Shown here one piece after another: positions 28,189-37,281 of a stretch of DNA of 64,000 nucleotides. Position numbers and translations under genes: made by a program. Numbering within the stretch: position 1 is the stretch's first letter; the number at the start of each line of letters is the position of its first letter. The stretch spans positions 96,001 through 160,000 of the forward strand of contig JBILLK010000017.1 in assembly GCA_044376115.1 (NCBI GenBank), read 5' to 3'. This DNA is from Polyangiaceae bacterium (GTDB taxonomy: Bacteria > Myxococcota_A > Polyangia > Polyangiales > Polyangiaceae). The notes beneath the pieces are model-generated. The model saw only the letters and a program-made list of their open reading frames with translations, was not told the origin of the DNA and did not search any database.

Positions 28189-30033
28189 TCACTCCACGGT
28201 GACCGTCTTTGCAAGATTGCGCGGTTGATCGACGTCGGTGCCTTTGAAGTCAGCGACGTAGTACGAGAGCAACTGCAGCGGGATCGACGTGATGAACGGC
28301 GAGAGCAACGGATCCACCTTGGGTACGTAGATCACCTTGTTCGCAATCGCCCCGATCTCCGAGTTGCCGCGCGTAGCGATCGCGATCACCACGCCGTCTC
28401 GCGCGCGAGCCTCCTGCACATTGCTAGCGATCTTCTCGTAGGAGCGATCATCGGGCATGACCGCGATCACCGGCATGTTCGCGTCGATCAGGGCGATCGG
28501 CCCGTGCTTCATCTCGCCAGCGGCATAACCTTCGGCGTGGATGTAGGAGATTTCTTTGAGCTTGAGCGCACCCTCGACGGCGATCGGAAAACTGACTCCG
28601 CGTCCGAGGAACAGAGCGCTGTGCGAACTCGCCAGCGGACGCGCAAGATCTCGTACGAGGTCGTCGAGCGCGAGGGTGGCTCGCATGTGATGCGGCAGCT
28701 CCACCGTGTGCTGCAAAAGTTCCTGCGCCTTCTCCTTGCTGAGCTTGCCGTTTCTTCGCCCCAGGTACACCGCAAGCAAAAGACAGGCGGCCAGCTGGGT
28801 GGTGAAGCACTTGGTGGAGGCAACACCGATCTCGGGCCCCGCGTGCGTGTAAAACGCTGCTCCAGCCGCACGCGGAATGGCCGAATGAATGACGTTGGCG
28901 ATCGCGAGTAGCTGCGCGCCCTTCTCTTTGGCCACTTTCAGAGCAGCCAACGTATCGAGCGTTTCTCCGGACTGGGAGACGGCCACCACCAGATCGGTAG
29001 GGCCGATCACGGGATCTCGACCAACGAACTCACTCGCGAGCTCGCACTGCGAAGGAATCCCCGCGAGCGACTCGACCAACTGACGACCGTAGAGCGTCGC
29101 GTGACTGCTGGTTCCGCAGGCAATGAAGTAGACGCGCTGCACCTTTGCCACCGTCGCTTCGTCGAGCCCGATCTCGCTGGCGATGACGTCTCCGTTGGCT
29201 AGATCCACTCGCCCGCGCAGCGTGTCTTCGATCGCCCGCGGCTGCTCGTGAATCTCCTTCAACATGAAGTGCTTGAAGCCACCCTTTTCGGCCTGTGCAG
29301 CGCTCCATGTGATGGTTCGAGGCGCACGCTCGACCTTTTTGCCGTCGAGGCTCTCGACCTGAATGCCGTCAGCCGTGAGCAGGCCGACCTCGCCGTCCTC
29401 CAACAGCAAAACGCTGTTGGTGTAAGGGAGCACCGCGGGGATGTCGCTGGCGGCGAACATTTCGCCGTCACCGAAGCCGATGACCAACGGGGAAGCGTTT
29501 TTCGCCACGACGATCCGGTCGGGCTGCCGCTGGTCAATCACCGCAACCGCGTAGGCGCCGTGGACCTGCGCGAGTGCGCGCTTGACTGCAACGAACAGGT
29601 CGTGGCCAGCCTTTGCTTCGCGGTGGATGAGATGCGCCACCATCTCGGTGTCGGTGTCCGAGGAAAACTTCACGCCCTCGGCGGACAGCTCTCGCTTCAG
29701 GGCCAGATGGTTCTCAATGATGCCGTTGTGCACGAGAGCGATCGGCCCGGCTACGTGCGGGTGTGCGTTGACCTCGGTCGGGCGGCCGTGAGTCGCCCAA
29801 CGCGTGTGTCCGATGCCGGTCGTGCCCTTGAGCGGCCGTTCGCGCAGCGCAGCGACGAGATTTCCGAGCTTTCCCACCGCGCGCACGACCTCGATCGGGC
29901 GCTTCTCGCTGTCCGACCGCACCAGCGTGGCCAAGCCAGCTGAGTCATAGCCGCGGTATTCCAACCTACGGAGCCCATCCACCAAGAGGTCCGCACATTC
30001 CTGATTGCCGACGTAGCCAACGATGCCGCACAT
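28189..30033 (-). CDS. glmS: Glutamine--fructose-6-phosphate aminotransferase
   Basis: MCGIVG, LEYRGYDSAG, HTRWATHG, SQSGET, EMKHGP, DQPRNLAKTVTVE. Confidence 0.98.
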   Translation of the reverse strand: MCGIVGYVGNQECADLLVDGLRRLEYRGYDSAGLATLVRSDSEKRPIEVVRAVGKLGNLVAALRERPLKGTTGIGHTRWATHGRPTEVNAHPHVAGPIALVHNGIIENHLALKRELSAEGVKFSSDTDTEMVAHLIHREAKAGHDLFVAVKRALAQVHGAYAVAVIDQRQPDRIVVAKNASPLVIGFGDGEMFAASDIPAVLPYTNSVLLLEDGEVGLLTADGIQVESLDGKKVERAPRTITWSAAQAEKGGFKHFMLKEIHEQPRAIEDTLRGRVDLANGDVIASEIGLDEATVAKVQRVYFIACGTSSHATLYGRQLVESLAGIPSQCELASEFVGRDPVIGPTDLVVAVSQSGETLDTLAALKVAKEKGAQLLAIANVIHSAIPRAAGAAFYTHAGPEIGVASTKCFTTQLAACLLLAVYLGRRNGKLSKEKAQELLQHTVELPHHMRATLALDDLVRDLARPLASSHSALFLGRGVSFPIAVEGALKLKEISYIHAEGYAAGEMKHGPIALIDANMPVIAVMPDDRSYEKIASNVQEARARDGVVIAIATRGNSEIGAIANKVIYVPKVDPLLSPFITSIPLQLLSYYVADFKGTDVDQPRNLAKTVTVE

Positions 30034-30090
30034 GAGCAGGAAGCTAACACGGGAATCACGCCGCGCGTCAGCGACGATCTTAAGGCGACG

Positions 30091-31491
30091 TTACTCGGAT
30101 CGCGGGGCGCGACCCTCAGCCTCCGACTCCTCCTTCTTGGTCGCCTCGTCTTCGCCGCGCACCGTCCGTGGAGCCTGCTTTCCAATAATTTCGGGACTTG
30201 CGGTGGGGGCGGGCAACGCCGTGAAGGCAGCGCGAGCCAACGTGGGCTGCCCAGGCCAGGCGAACGTCGTGTTGAGCAAGCCCGCATGCCGAGTGACGGT
30301 TGGTAGCGCGACGTCCTGCAAATAGAGACGCTGCTGATGGCTGAATTGATAACGCAGCTCCAACCGCATCGGCACGCTCGCCGGTACCCAGCCCACGGCG
30401 GCATCCCCAAGCCACGCGCCAGTTGGCGGACCGAACCCCTGCGGTCCGAGGAAAGAACGATTCACGCTGGCTCCGACGGTCCCCGATAGATCGAACCCCT
30501 TGGGCAGGAGGTAGGAGGCATTCACGTTTCCTGCGTCATTCAGGGTGACCTGAGCCAACAGGACGTTGGGCGTCGCATCGTGCGTGTAGCCAATCGACAG
30601 CGTTGCCGATGGCAGCGTGTAGGTAAACGCGAGGTTACCCACGGGGTGCACCACTACCGGCACGTCGGTCGTCGGATCGTAGCCGGCAATGACGCCCGCT
30701 CCCACCGAGCTGGTTGCGTCCTCGCTGAACTGGTGAGTCCAGGTAGCGCGCGCACGGTGCAAAAATTGATACGTTTGCTGCCCCTGAACATCGCCGAGGT
30801 CGGCGGTTCTTCCACGTTGAAAGTCGTTGCTCTGATCAAACGAGAGCTGGTTGATCAAAAAGCGCTTGTTGAGGGCGAGCGCAATTGACCCCAAGGCTGT
30901 GCTGGTGTCGGCGCCCTCGGGCACCAAGGTGTAGACGTATGACCCCGAAAGCGACTGGGTGAAGGTTGTGGTCTCGGACAATTCGGTCGAGAACCCAAGC
31001 CCGCCGCCACCGCTGAGCATGATGTTGTTGTTCCCCGCGTTTGGCTGCGGTTGCCCCGCCGCCGCAGGAGCCAAAAGCTGAAGAGCCGCGGCAGTTGCCT
31101 GTGTTCCGGCTAAGCTGAAGGTCATTTCCGTGACTTCAGAGACGGGCGTTCGAACCCCGTAGCTCAACCCGTTCGAGTAGTTATTGGCGTCGGAGTTGAG
31201 CAGATTGAACGTATAGCCGAAGGCGTACGCCAGAGTGTGCGTCGTCCCCGGCGTTTCAAGTTGAAGGCGCACGGACGGAGCGATGCTGCCAAAGCCGTCC
31301 GCTTGGGGTCTGACGACGTCGAGCCCGGCGTCCGCCTCGGGCGTCGGAGTGTTGGCGACGTTGTCCGTGACCCCGATGGTCCCCGTGACGCTTAGGTCAA
31401 CATCGGCAGCAACCTGGGCGTACGCGCTCTGCGAACCCGCCATAGCGAGCGCCACGCCCCACCCATGCACTTGAACCAGAAATCGCGCCAC
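30091..31491 (-). CDS. Putative outer-membrane beta-barrel protein (possible polysaccharide export barrel)
   Basis: Signal peptide (AYA-Q) and many amphipathic strands rich in G/S/T/Y/F. Lies next to BY-kinase-like genes. Confidence 0.55.
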   Translation of the reverse strand: MARFLVQVHGWGVALAMAGSQSAYAQVAADVDLSVTGTIGVTDNVANTPTPEADAGLDVVRPQADGFGSIAPSVRLQLETPGTTHTLAYAFGYTFNLLNSDANNYSNGLSYGVRTPVSEVTEMTFSLAGTQATAAALQLLAPAAAGQPQPNAGNNNIMLSGGGGLGFSTELSETTTFTQSLSGSYVYTLVPEGADTSTALGSIALALNKRFLINQLSFDQSNDFQRGRTADLGDVQGQQTYQFLHRARATWTHQFSEDATSSVGAGVIAGYDPTTDVPVVVHPVGNLAFTYTLPSATLSIGYTHDATPNVLLAQVTLNDAGNVNASYLLPKGFDLSGTVGASVNRSFLGPQGFGPPTGAWLGDAAVGWVPASVPMRLELRYQFSHQQRLYLQDVALPTVTRHAGLLNTTFAWPGQPTLARAAFTALPAPTASPEIIGKQAPRTVRGEDEATKKEESEAEGRAPRSE

Positions 31492-32157
31492 GAGCCTTCT
31501 GTGCTAGCATGCCTTTGCTTCCGCGAGGCTACTGTCGTTAACTTTCCCGTGGTCCGAGAGTTCACAGCCGTCACCGAGATCAACGAAGTCCTGCAAATGA
31601 TGGGGCAGTCTCGGCGCGCCGTCGGTGCCGAGGAACTGCTGACCATCGATTCCGAGTCTGCCCGCGTCGCGCGGGAACTCAAGCACATGGGGAAGCGCAC
31701 CATCGGGCTCCTCCCCGCCGATACCCACGTGGACGTGTTAGGCGCCGGAGAGAAGCTCGGTCGAGCCCTAGCCTTCGTGACCGGCTCGCTGGTCGCGTTG
31801 TTCGACCCGGAACGCAAGAGCCTCCCGACGAACACAGCACCCAAGGGCATCTTCAGCTCCGCGATGGGTTCTGGCATCGTGTGCTTGGCGCCGGGCGAGC
31901 GCGCGCCGGCTGGCGACAAAGTCCGCGCAGTCAACCAGCTGCTCGACTTCGTAACCCCCGAGCGACCAGGCCTGCGTGCTGTGCTCGTGGATCTTTCTGG
32001 TTGCGCCTGGCCTGGAGAGTTTGCCTCGGTATTGAACCTGATCGACGGCGTGATCGTCCTCGGGAAGGCTGGCAAGACGAAGCAGGGGGACATCCTTGCA
32101 AGAGCCAAGCAACTGCCGCCGGAGCTGCTTCTGGGCGTTCTGCTCGTTGAACACTAA
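31465..32157 (+). CDS. Degenerate BY-kinase/CpsD-like P-loop-fold protein (start uncertain)
   Basis: VLVDLSG (Walker B-like) and IDGVIVL..AGKT....LLGVLLVE match the CpsD/CapB C-terminal pattern. No GK[ST] Walker A. Confidence 0.55.
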   Translation: MHLNQKSRHEPSVLACLCFREATVVNFPVVREFTAVTEINEVLQMMGQSRRAVGAEELLTIDSESARVARELKHMGKRTIGLLPADTHVDVLGAGEKLGRALAFVTGSLVALFDPERKSLPTNTAPKGIFSSAMGSGIVCLAPGERAPAGDKVRAVNQLLDFVTPERPGLRAVLVDLSGCAWPGEFASVLNLIDGVIVLGKAGKTKQGDILARAKQLPPELLLGVLLVEH

Positions 32158-32234
32158 CGCTCGTCGGCAGCCGATGTGATGCCAACTCTGCCTTGCTATG
32201 TTCGCCGTTCTCCCTGTCTCGCCCTAGGAGCCGC

Positions 32235-33350
32235 ATGCAGATCTTCCGCTATCTCCAGCAAAAGCAGATTCACCTTTGGGGTCCCAGCTACCTGAAACAC
32301 GCCTTGGTGCACCAGCGAGAGGCCGCTCGCACCAGCGGGACCCGGCATCTTCTGTTCGCGATCTGCGACCACTGGGAGCCGCTATTTGCTGGGGTCACCG
32401 ACGCACAGGCGGACGCCCGAGTCGCAACCTGGCAAGAGCAATATCCAAAGGCCTTTAGCCAATACCGCGACGCGGATGGCAACATGCCCCAACACAGCTT
32501 CTTCTTCCCAGGAGAACACTACCGAGCGCGCTGGCTGGAGGCGCTGCGGGAGATGGCGCAACAAGGCTGCGGGGAGGTCGAGCTGCACCTGCATCACGAC
32601 GGAGACACCCGAGCCAGCCTAGCGGCCGACGTGCGTCGCTATGTCGATAGCATTGCCAGTCACGGTCACTTTACGCGGGTCGATGGTGCGCCCAAGTTCG
32701 CCTTCATTCACGGCAACTGGTGCCTCTCGAATGCTCGCCCCGACGGCCGCTATTGCGGAGTCGACGACGAAGTGGACCTGCTGCACGAGCTTGGCTGCTA
32801 CACCGATATGACGTTTCCAGCGCCGGAGGACCGCTCCCACCCGCGCACCGTCAATCAGCTGTTTTGGCCGACGGGAGATCTCAAGCGGCGCCGCGCCTAC
32901 GAAGACGGAGAGCGTTCACGCGTGGGCAAGAGCTACGACGACCGCATGCTCTTCATTACCGGGCCGAACGGCTTCTATGTCGACGGTGGGCGCCCGAAGA
33001 TCGAATTTGGTGCGCTCATGGCCTCGAATCCGCCTTCAGACAAGCGCGTAAAGCTGTGGGGAGATCTTGGAATTTGTGTGGATGGCCGCCCCGAGTGGAC
33101 CTTCGTCAAGTTGCATACCCACGGGGCTCCCGAGAAAGAGGCTGAGACTTTGCTGGGTGACAAGGCCAAACGAATGCATGAAACCTTGGCCAAGCTCTAC
33201 AACGACGGCACCCGCTGGAAGCTCCACTACGTCACCGCGCGTGAGCTCTTCAACATTGCAAGGGCCGCGATGGATGGCCATTGCGGAGATCCCAACGACT
33301 ATCGTGACTACGTCTTCGCCAAACCGCCGTGCCGCGCCGAGGGTGGCTGA
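32235..33350 (+). CDS. Hypothetical metal-dependent hydrolase (polysaccharide deacetylase-like fold inferred)
   Basis: RBS AGGAG. Conserved-looking motifs CDHWEP, ELHLHH, FIHGNW, KLHTHG, LHYVTARE. Confidence 0.6.
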   Translation: MQIFRYLQQKQIHLWGPSYLKHALVHQREAARTSGTRHLLFAICDHWEPLFAGVTDAQADARVATWQEQYPKAFSQYRDADGNMPQHSFFFPGEHYRARWLEALREMAQQGCGEVELHLHHDGDTRASLAADVRRYVDSIASHGHFTRVDGAPKFAFIHGNWCLSNARPDGRYCGVDDEVDLLHELGCYTDMTFPAPEDRSHPRTVNQLFWPTGDLKRRRAYEDGERSRVGKSYDDRMLFITGPNGFYVDGGRPKIEFGALMASNPPSDKRVKLWGDLGICVDGRPEWTFVKLHTHGAPEKEAETLLGDKAKRMHETLAKLYNDGTRWKLHYVTARELFNIARAAMDGHCGDPNDYRDYVFAKPPCRAEGG

Positions 33351-33359
33351 AAGCCCGCG

Positions 33360-34391
33360 ATGGAAGCCTATCCGCTTCGCTATGCAACCCGGGACGCGCT
33401 AGCAGCCCTGCCATGGTTCTCCGAGCACCACGGAGAAGTCGTGGTCTCCGACAGCAGCATCGGCCCGATCATTGACGTGCATACGCACTACGCGTTGCCT
33501 TCACTCAAAGCCTCCCACATCGATCTGCACGCAAGTCACTCGGATTCGCAGCTGCTGCTCGGCCGTTGCTGCGCGCATCACCTCGACGTCTACGCGAACC
33601 AGTGTTTCACAAAGGTCGAACTTCAGGCCATGCTTCGCGAGCTGCTACGCGGTGGCGTTCGGGGCAAAGGCTTACGGCAGTATCACACGGCGCCCAACCT
33701 CGCCCGCGACATGCAATCGATGGGCGTCACGCACTCAATCGTACTCGGCATTGATATGCCCGTCCCAACACAACATGTCGCGCGGACGCTCGCCACAGCC
33801 AGGGACCGTACCGACGTCACGGGCTATGGCAGCGTTTACCCTCGCTCGCTCCATGTGAAGCACAAGTTCGAGGAGCAGCTTCACCTCGGCTCGCGCGGCG
33901 TGAAGATCCACCCACCCAATATGTTCATTCGCCCGGACCACCCAAAGGCCATGCAGATCTACGGATTGTGTGGTGAAGCCGGGGTGCCTGTCTTTTGGCA
34001 TTGTGGGCCAGCGGGGATCGAACCCAAGCTAGGCGCATATTGTGGCCAGGTGCGCTTTTATGAGGCAGCACTCAAGGCCCACCCGAAAACCACATTTGTA
34101 CTGGGCCACTCTGGAGCTACGCAACATTGGGAGGCCATTGGGCTCTACCGCCGCTACAAGAACGCCTACTTGGATATCTCCTGCATTTCGCTTGGCCAGC
34201 TGCGCGACGTGATTGACCACGGAGGGGACGACAGCCGCATCATGTTTGGCTCGGACTGGCCGTTTTATCATCCTATTTTGCCGCTGGCGAAAGTGCTCAT
34301 TGCCACTGAAGGGCGGCCAGCGCTCCGGCGCAAGATTCTACATGACAATGCGGCGCGCATGCTCGAGGCACACCGGCCAAACCAGGGCTGA
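33360..34391 (+). CDS. Amidohydrolase_2 family metallohydrolase
   Basis: IIDVHTH, GVKIHP, WHCG, LGHSG, MFGSDWP, HDNAARM. Confidence 0.88.
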   Translation: MEAYPLRYATRDALAALPWFSEHHGEVVVSDSSIGPIIDVHTHYALPSLKASHIDLHASHSDSQLLLGRCCAHHLDVYANQCFTKVELQAMLRELLRGGVRGKGLRQYHTAPNLARDMQSMGVTHSIVLGIDMPVPTQHVARTLATARDRTDVTGYGSVYPRSLHVKHKFEEQLHLGSRGVKIHPPNMFIRPDHPKAMQIYGLCGEAGVPVFWHCGPAGIEPKLGAYCGQVRFYEAALKAHPKTTFVLGHSGATQHWEAIGLYRRYKNAYLDISCISLGQLRDVIDHGGDDSRIMFGSDWPFYHPILPLAKVLIATEGRPALRRKILHDNAARMLEAHRPNQG

Positions 34392-34401
34392 CCGCAGGCG
34401 G

Positions 34402-37266
34402 TCAAAACCAATCGATCGCTGGTCCGGCGTGCCACTCGATGGCGATCCCACTTCGAGCGGCGACCCAATCTTGGCAAAGGTCGCATAGCTCCGTCCGGCT
34501 GAGCGGGTTGCGACCGAGACCGATCAAGAGTTCATGTCCCTGCGAGCTCTCACGCGCGTAGGGCCACGCCCGAACGTCCAAACGCCCGCTCTGCCGCAAC
34601 AGGCGCAGGAGCGCGTTCATTCGGCCACGGACAAAACCGAGCAAGTCATCGGCTTGGTGTTGATTCGGTTGTGACGTAACGAGCTTCACGAGAGCCCACG
34701 CCGCATGCTGACGGTGCAACGGTGGCGCGCAGATCAACGAGCCGAGGGCGCTCTCGAGATCGACGGCAGACTCGACCACCAGCCAAGCGGCGTAGAGCTC
34801 GTCGGTCATGATTTGCAGACCACCTTGATCGATCTGTTCACTCAGCGAGCGGACGGGAGCCGTGGGCGTCAAGATCGTGATTGGTCCCTGGCTGCTAGAT
34901 GGTTCGCCTCCGCCGAGGCTCACGGCCTCACGCCAGTCCTTCGCCGCCCACTCGGCGAAGAAGGCCTGGAGCAACGGCAGGGGCTCGGAGAGCGTGGTGC
35001 GCCGAACCGTCTCCGCTGCGAGCACCAACCAGCCCAACCCCGGTAGCCCTCCGAAAGGGGCACTCGCCAACCCCTTTGCTCGAGCACAGGCTTTGACCCA
35101 GCGCGCGAGTCGCACAAAGCGATGGAACTGAGGAGATGACAGTACAACTCCGAACTGATCGGCGTCCGAGCACGCGCTCTTTGCGATGGCGCCCGCCTCC
35201 CCATCGGAGCTGGCGACCGTGAGATCCACTTCGATCGGACCGCTCGCGCCCACGTGATACCGGAACTCAAAACCCGGTACGCGCGCGGCTATCACCGGGC
35301 GCAGCCGACTCACCCCGGCCAGCGAAATAAGCCGCTCGCGCAATTGCTCGAGCGTCCCTGGCGCGCCCGGCGTAACCAGGAGATCGAGATCGCTATCGGG
35401 TAACTCACAGCCGATGCGCCGTGAACCCGTTACCTCCACTTGGTGCTCCGGCAACTCGCTCGAGAGTTGTCGCAGCAGCGAAGCGGACAGGGATTGACCG
35501 GCTGGACGTTCCGCGGCGCCAAGTAAACAACGGCGCACGGCGCGGTCGAGGTTGCTGTTGGGGACGGCGATCGAGACCTGGTTGCGGCCCAACGCAACCG
35601 TCGACCGCACCTCCATCGGGCCATCTCCCCGTCTCGATAGCAATGCAAGCTGCGAGACGCAGGTTGCTTGCTGGCCGAGCGCGTGCTCCCACTCAGTTGC
35701 ATAGCGGTCGGTGCTCACGCCATCGACTACGGCGCCCAACGTGAGATGGGGTTGGTAGAGCTCGCCTGCTCCTCGACCCTGGGAGCAGCGAGGAAAGACG
35801 GCCGCGAGACGCTGCCTGAGTTGCAACCAATGCGCAAGCGCAGCCCCCGCTGGGTCGAGCCACAAGGTCGTTGACGTCCGGTGCTCGAAACGCCGGACTC
35901 CGCCGAGCGTCGTGGGGAACGGCTCGAGCGTGCAAAGGGCTGCGCTGAGCAGCGCCTCGGCTTGCTCGAACAGCACCTCAGGCACGAAACCGAAGAGCAC
36001 GTTCACATGCGCAGGCCAGCGCTCGAAGTGTGGGTCATGCTGCTGACGAATGCGTTGAATCGAAGCAGAGATCGAAGCCGGTGGCAGCCAACACAAGGCC
36101 GTAAAGACCGATGGCAGCGCTTGTTGAGCGGGCTCTTCGCTCTTCCGTTCGATCGCAGCCTGACGTGCTGGCTCAAGCTCTACGAGAAGACCAAAATGGT
36201 CGGAAAGGAATGGACCACCCGGGGTTATCGGTTCACAGCCCAACAAGGCGGCGGAGGAGCTTTCCAACGTGGAGCCGGAGAGCAGCGCTCGGTCCAAGCG
36301 CTTGGGCTTGCCGCTGAGGCTGTTGATGCGCGCCAAGTCGTTGCGACGAGGATCGAACGTGGGTGTTTGGTCATCTGGCCCGTGCACCTGAGACCAAGCA
36401 TCCTTCCAACCCAAACGGGCAGCGAGCTGCGGGTCCTCATCATTGAAGTCGCCGAGACACACTACGTTCATATCGAGGGCGCCCAAACCACTGACCAGTT
36501 GAGCAAACTCGCGTTGGCGATGCCGCTCGGCCTCTTGCCGATGGTCACTGCTGAGATGGACCGTCGCTACGACCTGAGCCTCGGGCAAGTCCAACACCGC
36601 GGCGATGAGCCCCTTGTGAGCATCGAAGGGATGCACGGCTACCTCTCGGAGCGGAATGCGCGAAAGGAGCAACTGGCCGTAGCGCTCAACGTCCTCACCG
36701 AGAGGGCTGTCAGAGAGGCTATAGCGTGCACGGACCCAGCCCGCAGCTAGCAGCAACTCGAGTAGCGGACGCTCGACCTCCTGAAGCGCAATCACGTCGG
36801 CATCCAGCTGTTGTAGCGCCGATACAAGGTTAGGACGTCGGGTCGCCGACGAGAGCTGCTCGCTTCCATAGCGATCCCAGAGGACATTCCACGTAACGAG
36901 CCGCAACGGAGCGGACCAGGCCACACTCGAAGCGGTGGTGGCCGCCTGCGGCTGCCAACAGCCGCCGCTAAAGGTGAATGGCTGACGCGCCTCAAAGAAC
37001 GGCGCAGTCAACCGGCGAACGAAGCGAACGCGGCCAGCTGCCGACTCGTCGAGCACGTCTCGGCCTGTACGGCGGTCCCATACAAGTTGCTCGTCTGCTT
37101 CAAAGAAGAGCACACGGTGCCAGGGCAAATCAGGCCCCGGCGTGAAGCTCGTAAAGGCCAACCGCTTTGGTCGAGCTGCATGCATATCGATGCCAACCAC
37201 GAAGCGCGTCGGGTCAAGCCGCCGATCCCAGCGAATACGATGATAGATTTGCTCACTGGTTCTCAT
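34402..37266 (-). CDS. Multidomain RNA repair protein: MJ1316 (DUF504) + EEP phosphatase/nuclease + 2H phosphoesterase + poly(A) polymerase-like nucleotidyltransferase
   Basis: MJ1316: RIRWD...LPWHRV...VWDRR. EEP: TWNVL, ALQEV, VHL, GDFND, RLDR, SDH. 2H: WPAHVN, PHLT. Pol-beta NTase: GS.RIG....SDLD..VD. PAP central-like: GGLPGLGW, ILTPTAP. Confidence 0.88.
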   Translation of the reverse strand: MRTSEQIYHRIRWDRRLDPTRFVVGIDMHAARPKRLAFTSFTPGPDLPWHRVLFFEADEQLVWDRRTGRDVLDESAAGRVRFVRRLTAPFFEARQPFTFSGGCWQPQAATTASSVAWSAPLRLVTWNVLWDRYGSEQLSSATRRPNLVSALQQLDADVIALQEVERPLLELLLAAGWVRARYSLSDSPLGEDVERYGQLLLSRIPLREVAVHPFDAHKGLIAAVLDLPEAQVVATVHLSSDHRQEAERHRQREFAQLVSGLGALDMNVVCLGDFNDEDPQLAARLGWKDAWSQVHGPDDQTPTFDPRRNDLARINSLSGKPKRLDRALLSGSTLESSSAALLGCEPITPGGPFLSDHFGLLVELEPARQAAIERKSEEPAQQALPSVFTALCWLPPASISASIQRIRQQHDPHFERWPAHVNVLFGFVPEVLFEQAEALLSAALCTLEPFPTTLGGVRRFEHRTSTTLWLDPAGAALAHWLQLRQRLAAVFPRCSQGRGAGELYQPHLTLGAVVDGVSTDRYATEWEHALGQQATCVSQLALLSRRGDGPMEVRSTVALGRNQVSIAVPNSNLDRAVRRCLLGAAERPAGQSLSASLLRQLSSELPEHQVEVTGSRRIGCELPDSDLDLLVTPGAPGTLEQLRERLISLAGVSRLRPVIAARVPGFEFRYHVGASGPIEVDLTVASSDGEAGAIAKSACSDADQFGVVLSSPQFHRFVRLARWVKACARAKGLASAPFGGLPGLGWLVLAAETVRRTTLSEPLPLLQAFFAEWAAKDWREAVSLGGGEPSSSQGPITILTPTAPVRSLSEQIDQGGLQIMTDELYAAWLVVESAVDLESALGSLICAPPLHRQHAAWALVKLVTSQPNQHQADDLLGFVRGRMNALLRLLRQSGRLDVRAWPYARESSQGHELLIGLGRNPLSRTELCDLCQDWVAARSGIAIEWHAGPAIDWF

Positions 37267-37281
37267 CTCGCACCGCCCTTC

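Noticed and set aside
30034..30090. glmS ribozyme upstream of glmS
   Set aside because: Only 57 bp separate glmS from the upstream stop, which is too short, and no ribozyme core is recognisable.
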